A DNA stretch of 62,736 nt, filler included, from an uncultured Thermoplasmatales archaeon (GTDB lineage: Archaea > Thermoplasmatota > E2 > DHVEG-1): assembly GCA_964517155.1 (NCBI GenBank). It is 3 parts of 3 records of this genome, joined end to end, with 100 filler letters (N's around TTAATTAATTAA, not from the genome) between each part and the next. Parts side by side here need not be neighbours in the genome. Positions count along the whole stretch, not along the records: positions 1 to 23,677 come from CAZFAZ010000023.1; positions 23,778 to 40,606 come from CAZFAZ010000024.1; 1 more part is not named here. One strand, given 5' to 3'. The notes beneath the pieces are model-generated. The model made no database searches, was not told the DNA's origin, and worked only from the letters and a program-made list of their open reading frames with translations. How positions within the stretch are numbered: the first letter of the stretch is position 1; every line of letters starts with the position of its first letter. The position numbers and the translations under genes were made by a program. This document shows, in pieces, positions 20,579 to 29,312 of the stretch.

Positions 20579-21739
20579 ATGAAAAAGATTATAGAAGATG
20601 TAATAGCTAATGAAAAAAAGAATAATTCTGCAAAATCAAAAAAAGTTAAGAATAAATCAAAGAAAAACAACTCTTTAGATAATTCTTTAACTCGTACAAC
20701 TATCAACAAAAGTATGATAGACCGAGAATTGGAAGAAGTTTTATCAGGTCTTATAACAACTATAAAAGTTGTTGGTTGTGGCGGTGCTGGAACAAATACT
20801 ATTTCTCGTTGTATTACAAGTGGTATTACTGGTGCAGAGTTAATTTCGGTAAATACTGATGCTCAGCATTTGCTTCTTGCAGAATCGCCCAATAAAGTTC
20901 TTATTGGTCGTCATTTAACTCGAGGTCTTGGTGCTGGCTCACTACCTCAAATTGGTGAAGAGGCGGCAAAAGAAAGCGAGCAAGATATACGTACTGCACT
21001 TGGTCATGCAGATATGGTTTTTGTCACATGTGGTCTTGGTGGTGGTACAGGAACTGGCTCTGCGCCAGTTGTAGCACAACTTGCAAAAGAAGCAGGTGCT
21101 CTTACAATTGGTGTGGTAACACTGCCTTTCAGCGTTGAAGGTCTTATTCGTATGGAAAATGCAGAATCTGGTTTGAAACGCCTTAGAGATATATGTGATA
21201 CAGTTATTGTTATCCCAAATGATAAACTACTTGATATTGTTCCAAATCTTTCACTTAATGCAGCATTTAAGGTTGCAGATGAAGTATTAATGCGTTCAAT
21301 TAAAGGTATCACTGAAATGATTACAATGCCTGGTCTTGTTAATCTAGATTTTGCAGATCTTAAAACCGTTATGAAACGTGGCGGTGTTGCAATGATTGGC
21401 CTAGGTGAAGCTGAAGGAGAAAATAAAGCGGTAAATGCTGTTGTTGAGGCGCTTAACTCACCACTTCTAGAGGTAGATATATCTGAAGCAACTGGTGCTC
21501 TTGTAAATGTCACTGGTGGTGAAGATATGACAATTTCTGAAGCAGAACGTGTTGTAGAAGAAATATATTCGCGAATTGATCCAAACGCAAGGATTATCTG
21601 GGGTACAACTGTTGATCCAAATCTTAAGAGGAATATCCGTGCAATGCTTGTGATTACTGGTGTTAAATCAAAACAGATCCTTGGTCCTGCTCAAAGAAGC
21701 TTTGAAAATAAGGAATATGGTATAGATTTTGTTGCGTAA
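20579..21739 (+). CDS. ftsZ: Cell division protein FtsZ
   Basis: [30 protein letters not shown]. Confidence 0.97.
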   Translation: MKKIIEDVIANEKKNNSAKSKKVKNKSKKNNSLDNSLTRTTINKSMIDRELEEVLSGLITTIKVVGCGGAGTNTISRCITSGITGAELISVNTDAQHLLLAESPNKVLIGRHLTRGLGAGSLPQIGEEAAKESEQDIRTALGHADMVFVTCGLGGGTGTGSAPVVAQLAKEAGALTIGVVTLPFSVEGLIRMENAESGLKRLRDICDTVIVIPNDKLLDIVPNLSLNAAFKVADEVLMRSIKGITEMITMPGLVNLDFADLKTVMKRGGVAMIGLGEAEGENKAVNAVVEALNSPLLEVDISEATGALVNVTGGEDMTISEAERVVEEIYSRIDPNARIIWGTTVDPNLKRNIRAMLVITGVKSKQILGPAQRSFENKEYGIDFVA

Positions 21740-21820
21740 ATCTATCTAAACCTTATTTTTCTTTTATTTTAGCCAAATTCTTTATATATAACTATTTATT
21801 TTGCCCATTAGGTTTTAGAG

Positions 21821-22111
21821 GTGTATAACTTGAAGCTCTTTAATCGTGAAAAAACAATTCAGAAAAGTGATAAAAGTTTCGTTGAACGTGCTCGTGATCT
21901 ACAAAAAGAGTTAGAAGCAAAGAGAAGTAGAATCGGTAAAGGTAAATATGGCCGTGTTCTAAAAATGGCTCGTAAACCTACAAATGATGAGTTTACAAAA
22001 ACTTCAAAGATTACATTTTTAGGAATACTTCTAATAGGAAGCATAGGTTTCGCAATTTTTTTAATTGCAACTGAAGTTGCTCCTTGGGTAGCAGGTATTT
22101 TAGGCTTATAA
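21821..22111 (+). CDS. secE: Protein translocase subunit SecE/Sec61-gamma
   Basis: YGRVLKMARKPTNDEF plus one TM helix; conserved ftsZ-secE-spt5 order. Confidence 0.9.
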   Translation: MYNLKLFNREKTIQKSDKSFVERARDLQKELEAKRSRIGKGKYGRVLKMARKPTNDEFTKTSKITFLGILLIGSIGFAIFLIATEVAPWVAGILGL

Positions 22112-22129
22112 AAAAGGTGTGTAAAGATT

Positions 22130-22642
22130 ATGAATAATTCGGATTTTATTCAGGCAGATGAAGAAAAAACAAAGATATTTACATTAAAAACACAAGTTGG
22201 GAAAGAACAAAGTGCAGCAGATTTGATAAATAGTCGTGCTGGTAAATCAAAAGTAAAAATTCCATCTATTCTTGTAACACCTGAGTTACGTGGTTACTTG
22301 TTTATTGAAGCATATGAAAGAGAAAGGATTAAAGAAATGATAAAAACTATTTCTTATGCTCGCAACATGCTTGAAGGAGATATTCCTCTTGAGCAGATTA
22401 AACATTTCTTAGTTCCAGCATCTGCTGTTGCAAAGATTTCTGAGGGTGATGTTGTAGAGATGGTTGCAGGTCCATTTAGAGGGGAAACTGCAAAGGTTAC
22501 ACATATTGATGATGCCAAAGAGGAAATCACAGTTGAACTCTTTGAGTCAGTTGTGCCTATACCTATAACGGTTCGTGGTGAGCAAGTTAGAGTTATCAAA
22601 AGAAAGGAAGAAGATGATAGAAAGAAAGAAAAAAAGGAGTGA
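22130..22642 (+). CDS. spt5: Transcription elongation factor Spt5 (NusG family)
   Basis: GKEQ, LRGYLFIEA, KOW motif GDVVEMVAGPFRGE. Confidence 0.95.
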   Translation: MNNSDFIQADEEKTKIFTLKTQVGKEQSAADLINSRAGKSKVKIPSILVTPELRGYLFIEAYERERIKEMIKTISYARNMLEGDIPLEQIKHFLVPASAVAKISEGDVVEMVAGPFRGETAKVTHIDDAKEEITVELFESVVPIPITVRGEQVRVIKRKEEDDRKKEKKE

Positions 22643-22650
22643 AATAACAT

Positions 22651-23130
22651 ATGACAGAAACTGTTAAAGCATTAGTCGATGGGGGAAAAGCATCTGCGGG
22701 TCCGCCACTTGGTCCTGCGTTAGGTCCACTAGGTGTAAACATAATGCAGATAATAAACACAATTAATGATAAGACTAAACAATTTCAAGGAATGAAAGTT
22801 CCTGTAAAAGTAAAAGTTGATCCTAAAACTAAAAATTTTGAAGTAGAAGTAGGTACACCGCCTGCATCATCTTTAATTCTAAATGAGATTGGTGCTGAGA
22901 AAGGTTCAGGATCTGCAGGTTCTCATAAAATTGGTAATCTTACAATTGATCAAGCGATAAAAGTTGCTAAGATGAAACAGGATAACTTACTTGGTAAAGA
23001 ACTTAAACAAAAAACCAAGGAAGTAATTGGAACATGTATTTCAATGGGTGTAACTGTTGAAGGTAAAAAACCAAAAGAGATACAGAAAAGAATTGATGAA
23101 GGCGAGTTTGATTCTAAATTTCAATCTTAA
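22651..23130 (+). CDS. rpl11: 50S ribosomal protein L11 (uL11)
   Basis: GGKASAGPPLGPALGPLG, GTPPASSLI, IGTCISMGV. Confidence 0.97.
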   Translation: MTETVKALVDGGKASAGPPLGPALGPLGVNIMQIINTINDKTKQFQGMKVPVKVKVDPKTKNFEVEVGTPPASSLILNEIGAEKGSGSAGSHKIGNLTIDQAIKVAKMKQDNLLGKELKQKTKEVIGTCISMGVTVEGKKPKEIQKRIDEGEFDSKFQS

Positions 23131-23326
23131 TTTCATCATCGATTTTTTCTTTTTTTTCAGTAATATTTTTAGTTTTGTTGTTTAGTATTCTACTATGCAT
23201 TCTTTCACGAGGATTTCCTGATAATATATCTTCACGTATCCATCTTTGTTCTTTTTCAATTGCAGTAAGTCTTTCTTTGATTTGTCTTATTTCTTCTGTT
23301 AAGTTATTGAGTGTCTCCTCATCCAT
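23114..23326 (-). CDS. Small hypothetical coiled-coil protein
   Basis: 70-aa ORF with ATG start and heptad pattern, convergent with rpl11. Confidence 0.5.
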   Translation of the reverse strand: MDEETLNNLTEEIRQIKERLTAIEKEQRWIREDILSGNPRERMHSRILNNKTKNITEKKEKIDDEIKIEI

Positions 23327-23365
23327 ACAAAAAATATGAATGCTTTATCATTTTAAACATTTTTC

Positions 23366-23677
23366 CTATATTCTTTTAAAGCCTCTTTCAAAAAATTGTT
23401 TTACTGATTTAATCATTCTATCGCGACGGTAATCTAACTCTAAGGTGTTTCCTTCTCCCCATGTTTTTTTCTTTTCAATTAAAGAAATAATTGAATCGAT
23501 ATTTAGGTTATTTGTATCTACTGTAGTGTAGGCTTCTCCTGCAAAACTTGGGATATGTGAATCACTACCGCCTGTTCCACCAAGATTATATTTTTTTGCA
23601 ATTTTCATTGTTTTAAGATTTGTTTGTGAAACACTACATGCATTAAATACTTCTATTGCTGGAATTTTTTTTACAAT
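23366..23677 (-). CDS. PHP-domain protein, C-terminal part (5' end lost in gap)
   Basis: Frame open to the gap: AIEVFNA..GGSDSH..GEAYT. Confidence 0.8.
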   Translation of the reverse strand: MVKKIPAIEVFNACSVSQTNLKTMKIAKKYNLGGTGGSDSHIPSFAGEAYTTVDTNNLNIDSIISLIEKKKTWGEGNTLELDYRRDRMIKSVKQFFERGFKRI

Positions 23678-23777
23678 NNNNNNNNNNNNNNNNNNNNNNN
23701 NNNNNNNNNNNNNNNNNNNNNTTAATTAATTAANNNNNNNNNNNNNNNNNNNNNNNNNNNNNNNNNNNNNNNNNNNN
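23678..23777. other. Artificial contig linker
   Basis: N44-TTAATTAATTAA-N44 (stops in all frames). Confidence 0.97.
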
Positions 23778-23865
23778 ATAAACTTCTAAAAGTCACTGAC
23801 AGCATCCAAATGATAGAGGGTGTAATAAAAACAACTACTCAAGTTATTGAAAAAGAGATAACATC

Positions 23866-25119
23866 ATGAAGATAAAGATAAGAAAGCGATATCTATTCTT
23901 TGTTCTTGCTTTTTCTTCAGCAATAATTGCAGCAATAGTTGCAGGTATAGATACAATTGCTGTTGAAGAAATAAAAGATCCATGGGCTGTATCTTTATCT
24001 TGTTTTATTTTAGCACTTGTTGTTTCGGGATTATGTGGATTTATCCTTTCTATTCCAATTAAAGATAAAAGTCTTGGTGGAAAAACAATTGATCCAACTT
24101 TTAAACGTTTACGGATTATCAAAAAAACAGAGCTTAAATATCATCTTTTAGCAGGTTTTGGAAATGCTATTATGACTATCGGATATTTTGCGATGTTTCC
24201 ACTTATGAATAACAATGCTGCTCTAGTTTTACCTTTTTCACAAGTTGCAATATTATACTTGATTATTACGGAGTCAATCACTGAAAAAGATACACCCACG
24301 CTTGTTGAAGTTCAATCAGCTGTAATAGTAACATTCGGTGCGATACTTGGTTCATTTAGTATTGCAGGTGCTGCTGCCAATCTTGATAATATTTTTCAAG
24401 CTTTATTGATTGTTTTTTTAGTAATTAACCCGGGAACTGTTCTTTTTAGTATATATCAGAGAAAACTCAAGATGATGAAAATAAACGAAAGACCAAATGA
24501 TGCAATAAATATCAGAGTATGGAATGTTGTTTTTGCTTTGATATTTACAATTATCATTGTTTTACTTTATGATGCTATTTATGGTGGTAATCATTTCATA
24601 GATGGCATCTCAGCTTCAATTGAAAAATTCTGGTTGATGGCATTAATCGCATTTGGAACATTCTTTGCCTTTGTATTTTATATCCGTGCTCTTGGTATTG
24701 GAAAAGCAAGTGTAACACAAGCTGTAAAAGCATCATCAATTATTTTTAGCATACCTGTTACTATGCTTATTGCAGGAGTTGCCTCTTTTATTTCAGACCC
24801 AACTATGCTTGTAATCCGCGTTATGGGTATTGTACTTATGATGCTGGGTATTACAAGTTTTGCTCTTACTCTCACAAAGGCATATATCTTTATTAAAATG
24901 AATCCAGGATATCCAATTGAAGGTACCATGAAACGTTTATGGAATATTAAAGGTGTAAATAGGGTTACGGCGGTTGCAGGACAATATGATTTCATAGTTA
25001 AGATACATACACGTACACTTATCAAAGGATATGAACGGATACTTCGTAAAGTCCAAGAAATACCAGGTATTAATCAATATCGCTGGCAATCTGTTCTTAG
25101 AGAATGGGAAGATCTTTAA
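23866..25119 (+). CDS. EamA/DMT-like membrane protein fused to a C-terminal Lrp/AsnC ligand-binding (RAM) domain
   Basis: About 10 TM segments with RALGIGKASVTQAV; C-terminal KAYIFIK..IKGV..VAGQYDFIVKI..IPGI. Confidence 0.75.
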   Translation: MKIKIRKRYLFFVLAFSSAIIAAIVAGIDTIAVEEIKDPWAVSLSCFILALVVSGLCGFILSIPIKDKSLGGKTIDPTFKRLRIIKKTELKYHLLAGFGNAIMTIGYFAMFPLMNNNAALVLPFSQVAILYLIITESITEKDTPTLVEVQSAVIVTFGAILGSFSIAGAAANLDNIFQALLIVFLVINPGTVLFSIYQRKLKMMKINERPNDAINIRVWNVVFALIFTIIIVLLYDAIYGGNHFIDGISASIEKFWLMALIAFGTFFAFVFYIRALGIGKASVTQAVKASSIIFSIPVTMLIAGVASFISDPTMLVIRVMGIVLMMLGITSFALTLTKAYIFIKMNPGYPIEGTMKRLWNIKGVNRVTAVAGQYDFIVKIHTRTLIKGYERILRKVQEIPGINQYRWQSVLREWEDL

Positions 25120-25179
25120 TATTATATTTTATTTTATTAAAAAACCATTAAATAATGCTTGTTCATTCCCTTTTTTACC

Positions 25180-26622
25180 ATGTGCGGTATAGTAGGAATT
25201 ATTGGGGGAGAACCAGTTTCACGAATAATATATCATGCATTGTTTTCAATACAGCATCGTGGACAGAGTTCAGCAGGCAAATTAACCTATGATGGCAACA
25301 TTCATGTTACAAAGGATGCAGGTCTTGTCCGTGAGATTTTTAATGATGATAAAAAGATTGATACACCTGGTAAAATAGGAATTGGCCATACTCGTTATTC
25401 AACAGCAGGTATGGATGATTTAAGCTCCTTGAAGCTTAATGCTCAACCAGAATATCTTGTAAATCCTTTTCTTGCAGCTGTTCATAATGGTAACATTTTC
25501 AATGGCGCAGAAATAAGCAAAAGCGTTTCTAGAACGCCAAGAACAGAATGTGATATTCAATGGTTATTGCTTCCAATGGCTGATAAACTTTATAAAAAAG
25601 AACTAAGCACAGAGCTTATTTTTAATGCGTGTAAAGAACTTATTCATGAAGTAAAAGGTAGTTTTTCTGCGTTATTTCTTGCGGATTCAGGTGACAATCC
25701 TTTTCTTTTTGCAGTAACAGATCCATATAAGATAAGACCACTTGTTCTTGGTAAAAAAAATGGCATGTACTGTTTGACCTCTGAAACTCGTGTTTTCAAA
25801 AAAATTAATTTCGAATATGTTAAAGATATACCTGGTGGCTCAGTGATAATTATTGATAAAAACGGTAAAATTTATGAAAAACAAGTAATAAAAAGAGCAG
25901 AAAAACCATGTATGTTTGAGTTTGTTTATTTTGCAAAACCAGATTCCCGTATAAACGGCCGCAGTGTTCATCTTGTACGTGCAGAGTTAGGTAGACTCCT
26001 TGCTAGAAAATATCCTGTAAAAGCAGATATTGTAGTACCAGTTCCCGAATCAGGTCGTCATTATGCTACGGGTTATGCTCGTGAATCAGGGATTCCTTTG
26101 GATGAAGGAATTATGAAGGATAAAGATGAACGTAGTTTCATTCAACAAACACAAGAAAGCCGTGATAAAGTTGTAGAAGAAGGTCTTTCTTATCTTCGCT
26201 CGGTTTTTGACGGGAAAAGAGTTGTTTTAATAGATGATTCAATAGTTCGTGGTACAAACATACGCAAACTAATCCGCGGTTTGAAAGACGCGGGTGCAAA
26301 AGAAGTACATGTAAGAATTGGTTGCCCTCCTTTAATCGCACCTTGTTATCTAGGTATTGATATGCGTAGTAAAAAAGAGTTTATCGCTCGTGATGAAGAA
26401 GGCAACATCAAAACATGGGATGAAATTGGAAAAGAAATCGGTGCAGATTCTTTGGCTTATACTAGTATTGATAGTTTAACTGAGGCAATTGGGTTTGACA
26501 CATGCAAAGGCTGTATCGATTTTCCTGAGGGTTATCCTGTTGAATGGAAGAAAGATGTACTTAAAATGTTTAAAAACGATAAAAAAGGCGTACGTGCCTA
26601 TGATGTATGCAACGGTAATTAG
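25180..26622 (+). CDS. purF: Amidophosphoribosyltransferase
   Basis: MCGIVG, QHRGQ, GHTRYST, HNGN, CMFEFVYF, VLIDDSIVRG. Confidence 0.96.
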   Translation: MCGIVGIIGGEPVSRIIYHALFSIQHRGQSSAGKLTYDGNIHVTKDAGLVREIFNDDKKIDTPGKIGIGHTRYSTAGMDDLSSLKLNAQPEYLVNPFLAAVHNGNIFNGAEISKSVSRTPRTECDIQWLLLPMADKLYKKELSTELIFNACKELIHEVKGSFSALFLADSGDNPFLFAVTDPYKIRPLVLGKKNGMYCLTSETRVFKKINFEYVKDIPGGSVIIIDKNGKIYEKQVIKRAEKPCMFEFVYFAKPDSRINGRSVHLVRAELGRLLARKYPVKADIVVPVPESGRHYATGYARESGIPLDEGIMKDKDERSFIQQTQESRDKVVEEGLSYLRSVFDGKRVVLIDDSIVRGTNIRKLIRGLKDAGAKEVHVRIGCPPLIAPCYLGIDMRSKKEFIARDEEGNIKTWDEIGKEIGADSLAYTSIDSLTEAIGFDTCKGCIDFPEGYPVEWKKDVLKMFKNDKKGVRAYDVCNGN

Positions 26623-26643
26623 TTAAAATGCTTGGTTTTTTTT

Positions 26644-26949
26644 ATGATTGAAATAAACCGCGGTACATTAGATGAACAAATAATTAAGATTTTACAAAAA
26701 ACGTATCCTGTAACTGTTGAAGAAATTAAAATAAAACTTCATCTTTCAAAACAACAAATCCTGCGGGCTTTACAAAAGCTACAAGTCAAAGGTATAGTAC
26801 AGCTTGAACCACTACCAAATAAAACATATATTAGACTTCTTAGAAATGATTTTAGTTTTATTGCTAAAAAAAGACAGCGTAAATTTATAAAACATTCAAA
26901 GACTAAAACACATAAATCAAAAGATTATGATGGAATGATGTATTCCTAA
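26644..26949 (+). CDS. Winged-helix protein with C-terminal MYS tail
   Basis: YPVTVEEI..LHLSKQQILRALQKLQVKGIV wHTH pattern. Confidence 0.7.
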   Translation: MIEINRGTLDEQIIKILQKTYPVTVEEIKIKLHLSKQQILRALQKLQVKGIVQLEPLPNKTYIRLLRNDFSFIAKKRQRKFIKHSKTKTHKSKDYDGMMYS

Positions 26950-27032
26950 TAAAGTGGCTCAACAACATTTACCCAGATTATGGGTATGTCTTTTGGGGTT
27001 TTTGTCTTAATTTTTTTGTTTTTCTTTTTCAT
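26946..27032 (-). CDS. Candidate 28-aa small protein MKKKNKKIKTKTPKDIPIIWVNVVEPLY
   Basis: ATG after purine-rich GGGATAGGA; TTTATATA box about 35-40 nt upstream; 4-nt convergent stop overlap with the wHTH gene. Confidence 0.3.
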   Translation of the reverse strand: MKKKNKKIKTKTPKDIPIIWVNVVEPLY

Positions 27033-27125
27033 TCCTATCCCTAGCTTATATTTTGTAGCTTTTAGTATATAAATTTTGTTTAGTATTTTAGCATTTAAAC
27101 TAAATTACAATTAACCAAAAAAGGA

Positions 27126-27527
27126 TTATCCTATTATCTGTATAACTTGATTATTTACAACAAGAAACTCTTTAAGCTCCTCAGAATCCTTAAATTTTTT
27201 TAATAAATCATAATCTAAAACATGTTCATAACGAGATATAACTCGGCTTCCACTAGGGCTCCAACTTGCAATCTCAACTTCTTTTAAATCAAAACTTTTA
27301 ACACTTCCAAGAATCGTAAAAGACTCTGTTCTAATCTTATAATCACACTTGGTACATTCAATGATACTGTCATAGGCTACATATGGATTTTGATAATCTT
27401 GTATTGGATCAAGCTGTATCATAATCATTTTACTGCCACATTTTGGGCAAGCCATAGATTCTTCACTGTTTCTAGACCATAACTTTGAAACAACATTCAT
27501 ATTTTTTTTATTATAACCTGTAGCCAC
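27126..27527 (-). CDS. Hypothetical zinc-finger protein
   Basis: CPKCG..CTKC. Confidence 0.65.
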   Translation of the reverse strand: MATGYNKKNMNVVSKLWSRNSEESMACPKCGSKMIMIQLDPIQDYQNPYVAYDSIIECTKCDYKIRTESFTILGSVKSFDLKEVEIASWSPSGSRVISRYEHVLDYDLLKKFKDSEELKEFLVVNNQVIQIIG

Positions 27528-27657
27528 CCTGATCCAACCTACTATATATGTAACCTTCTACCATAAATAGTTTTTCGTAAAAAAACATGTGTTTTTAGCA
27601 TTCATAGTTATATAATAAAAAAATATTACTAAGAGAAGTATTTGAGGAGTAGATTTC

Positions 27658-28452
27658 ATGAAAATTATAACTTTTACAACAGATTTTGGAATAAATAGTA
27701 ACTATCTTGCTCAGATGAAAGCAGTAGCATTATCATTTGCTCCCGATGCAAAACTGATTGATATAACGCATAGCATTTCAAATCATAATATCTTGGAGGG
27801 TGCATATTTTTTACAAACAACTGTTCCATATTTTCCAGAGGGAACTGTGCATGTAGCGGTAGTAGACCCAGGTGTTGGCAGTAATAGACGAGCAATTATA
27901 GTTGCTACAAAAACACAAATATTAATAGGTCCAGATAATGGTCTTTTAATCCCGGTGGCAAAAAAACTTTTTCCATTTCAGGTTTATGAAATAAAAAACC
28001 AAAAATTTATGCTTAAAAAAATCTCAAATAATTTTCATGGGCGAGATATTTTCACACCGGTTGCAGCACATATTCTAAATGGTGTTTTATTTGAAGAAAT
28101 AGGGCCAATTATCCATGATTATATTGATTTAAAACTCGAACAAGCAGAGATAACAGATAAATATGCAACAGGAAAAATACTTTTTATTGATGATTTTGGA
28201 AATATAATTACAAATATTCAAACTCAACATATCTTGCAAAAGTTTTTAGAGCCAGGTAAAAAATTTATGGTTTTTATAGGTAAAACAAGAAAAGAAATAC
28301 CTTTTGCTAAAACTTATACTGATGTTAAAAAAGCAGCACTTCTTATAACAAATAGCAGCAGTGGATATTTGGAGATTTCTGCAAATCAAAGCAAAGCAAG
28401 TGAAATCTTAAATGTTAAGCCGGGTGAAGAAATAAAGATATTATTTGGTTAA
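27658..28452 (+). CDS. SAM hydrolase / SAM-dependent halogenase (DUF62) family protein
   Basis: TFTTDFG, IDITH, VHVAVVDPGVGS, GPDNG, FHGRDIF, IDDFGNIITN. Confidence 0.93.
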   Translation: MKIITFTTDFGINSNYLAQMKAVALSFAPDAKLIDITHSISNHNILEGAYFLQTTVPYFPEGTVHVAVVDPGVGSNRRAIIVATKTQILIGPDNGLLIPVAKKLFPFQVYEIKNQKFMLKKISNNFHGRDIFTPVAAHILNGVLFEEIGPIIHDYIDLKLEQAEITDKYATGKILFIDDFGNIITNIQTQHILQKFLEPGKKFMVFIGKTRKEIPFAKTYTDVKKAALLITNSSSGYLEISANQSKASEILNVKPGEEIKILFG

Positions 28453-29000
28453 AACTCTTTTTTGATATCACTAATAGTAGTATAGATATTACTTCCAAGG
28501 TAATAGCAAGGTTGAACTTTTTTGTTATTTAGTATATCTTTTTCAAAAGCAGATTCATCTATTTGCGTATTTACAACTTCTCCAACAAAAAACGTGTGAT
28601 CTCCTAGCTTAACTGATTTGTAGAGTTTGCATTCAAGATTTGCATAGCATTCATTTATAATTTTGGTTTTAATTTTCTTTGAATTAGAAAAAGTCAAACC
28701 AGTTTCTTTTATTTTATCTGTGTTTCTTCCACTTTTTGTTCCACAGAAATGAATTTTTTCTACGATTTCATATGGTGCAAAATTTATCGAAAATTCTTTT
28801 GATTCTGTGATTAGTTTATATGAAAATCTACTCGGAGCTATTGAAACGCCGTACAACGCAGGTTTTTTAGAAATTGGCGTATGCCATGCAACAGTAATCG
28901 GATTTGTTTTCCCGTTTTTATCTATACATGTAAGAATTGCTGCTTGCATTGGAAAAGCATATTGATAAAATTTTTCTCTATCTCCTGTTTTTTTAACCAT
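28449..29000 (-). CDS. Flavin reductase family protein
   Basis: CGTKSGRNTDK, ANLECK, GDHTFFVGEV. Confidence 0.9.
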   Translation of the reverse strand: MVKKTGDREKFYQYAFPMQAAILTCIDKNGKTNPITVAWHTPISKKPALYGVSIAPSRFSYKLITESKEFSINFAPYEIVEKIHFCGTKSGRNTDKIKETGLTFSNSKKIKTKIINECYANLECKLYKSVKLGDHTFFVGEVVNTQIDESAFEKDILNNKKVQPCYYLGSNIYTTISDIKKEF

Positions 29001-29010
29001 TTATTTCACC

Positions 29011-29232
29011 TTAAAATTTAATTATTGCATCTAAAAGACCATGTGCATAATTAATGCAGCCAAAACTAGTAAAATAATCTTTTTTATCTTTGTAGTATTT
29101 TGAATCCTCATAATATTGTGTTGCAAGCTTTATTGTTTTTTTTTGAGAACTTGTTAAATCTATTTTTTTTGTTTCTTTTATGTTTTCTTCAAACATTACT
29201 ATGTCTTTTTGAATGCGTGTTTTTTCATCCAT
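29011..29232 (-). CDS. DUF357 family protein
   Basis: YYEDSKYY..D..TSFGCINYAHGLLDA. Confidence 0.85.
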   Translation of the reverse strand: MDEKTRIQKDIVMFEENIKETKKIDLTSSQKKTIKLATQYYEDSKYYKDKKDYFTSFGCINYAHGLLDAIIKF

Positions 29233-29312
29233 AAAAATTTTACAATAAAAAAGTACTAAAATACTTTATGATAAAGTTTTTAGAAAAAATTAAAAAAAAT
29301 AAAAGAGGTGTT

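Noticed and set aside
21004..21513. 169-aa minus-strand ORF within ftsZ and similar shadows in hmg reductase, tgtA, rtcB and hypF
   Set aside because: Fully overlap well-supported conserved genes and show no motifs
23722..23733. TTAATTAATTAA palindrome repeated at 40651-40662
   Set aside because: Sits in the centre of N runs; artificial all-frame-stop contig linker, not biological
27658..28452. Fluorinase/chlorinase activity
   Set aside because: Family membership alone does not show halogenation; archaeal DUF62 members with this FHGRD motif are usually SAM hydrolases
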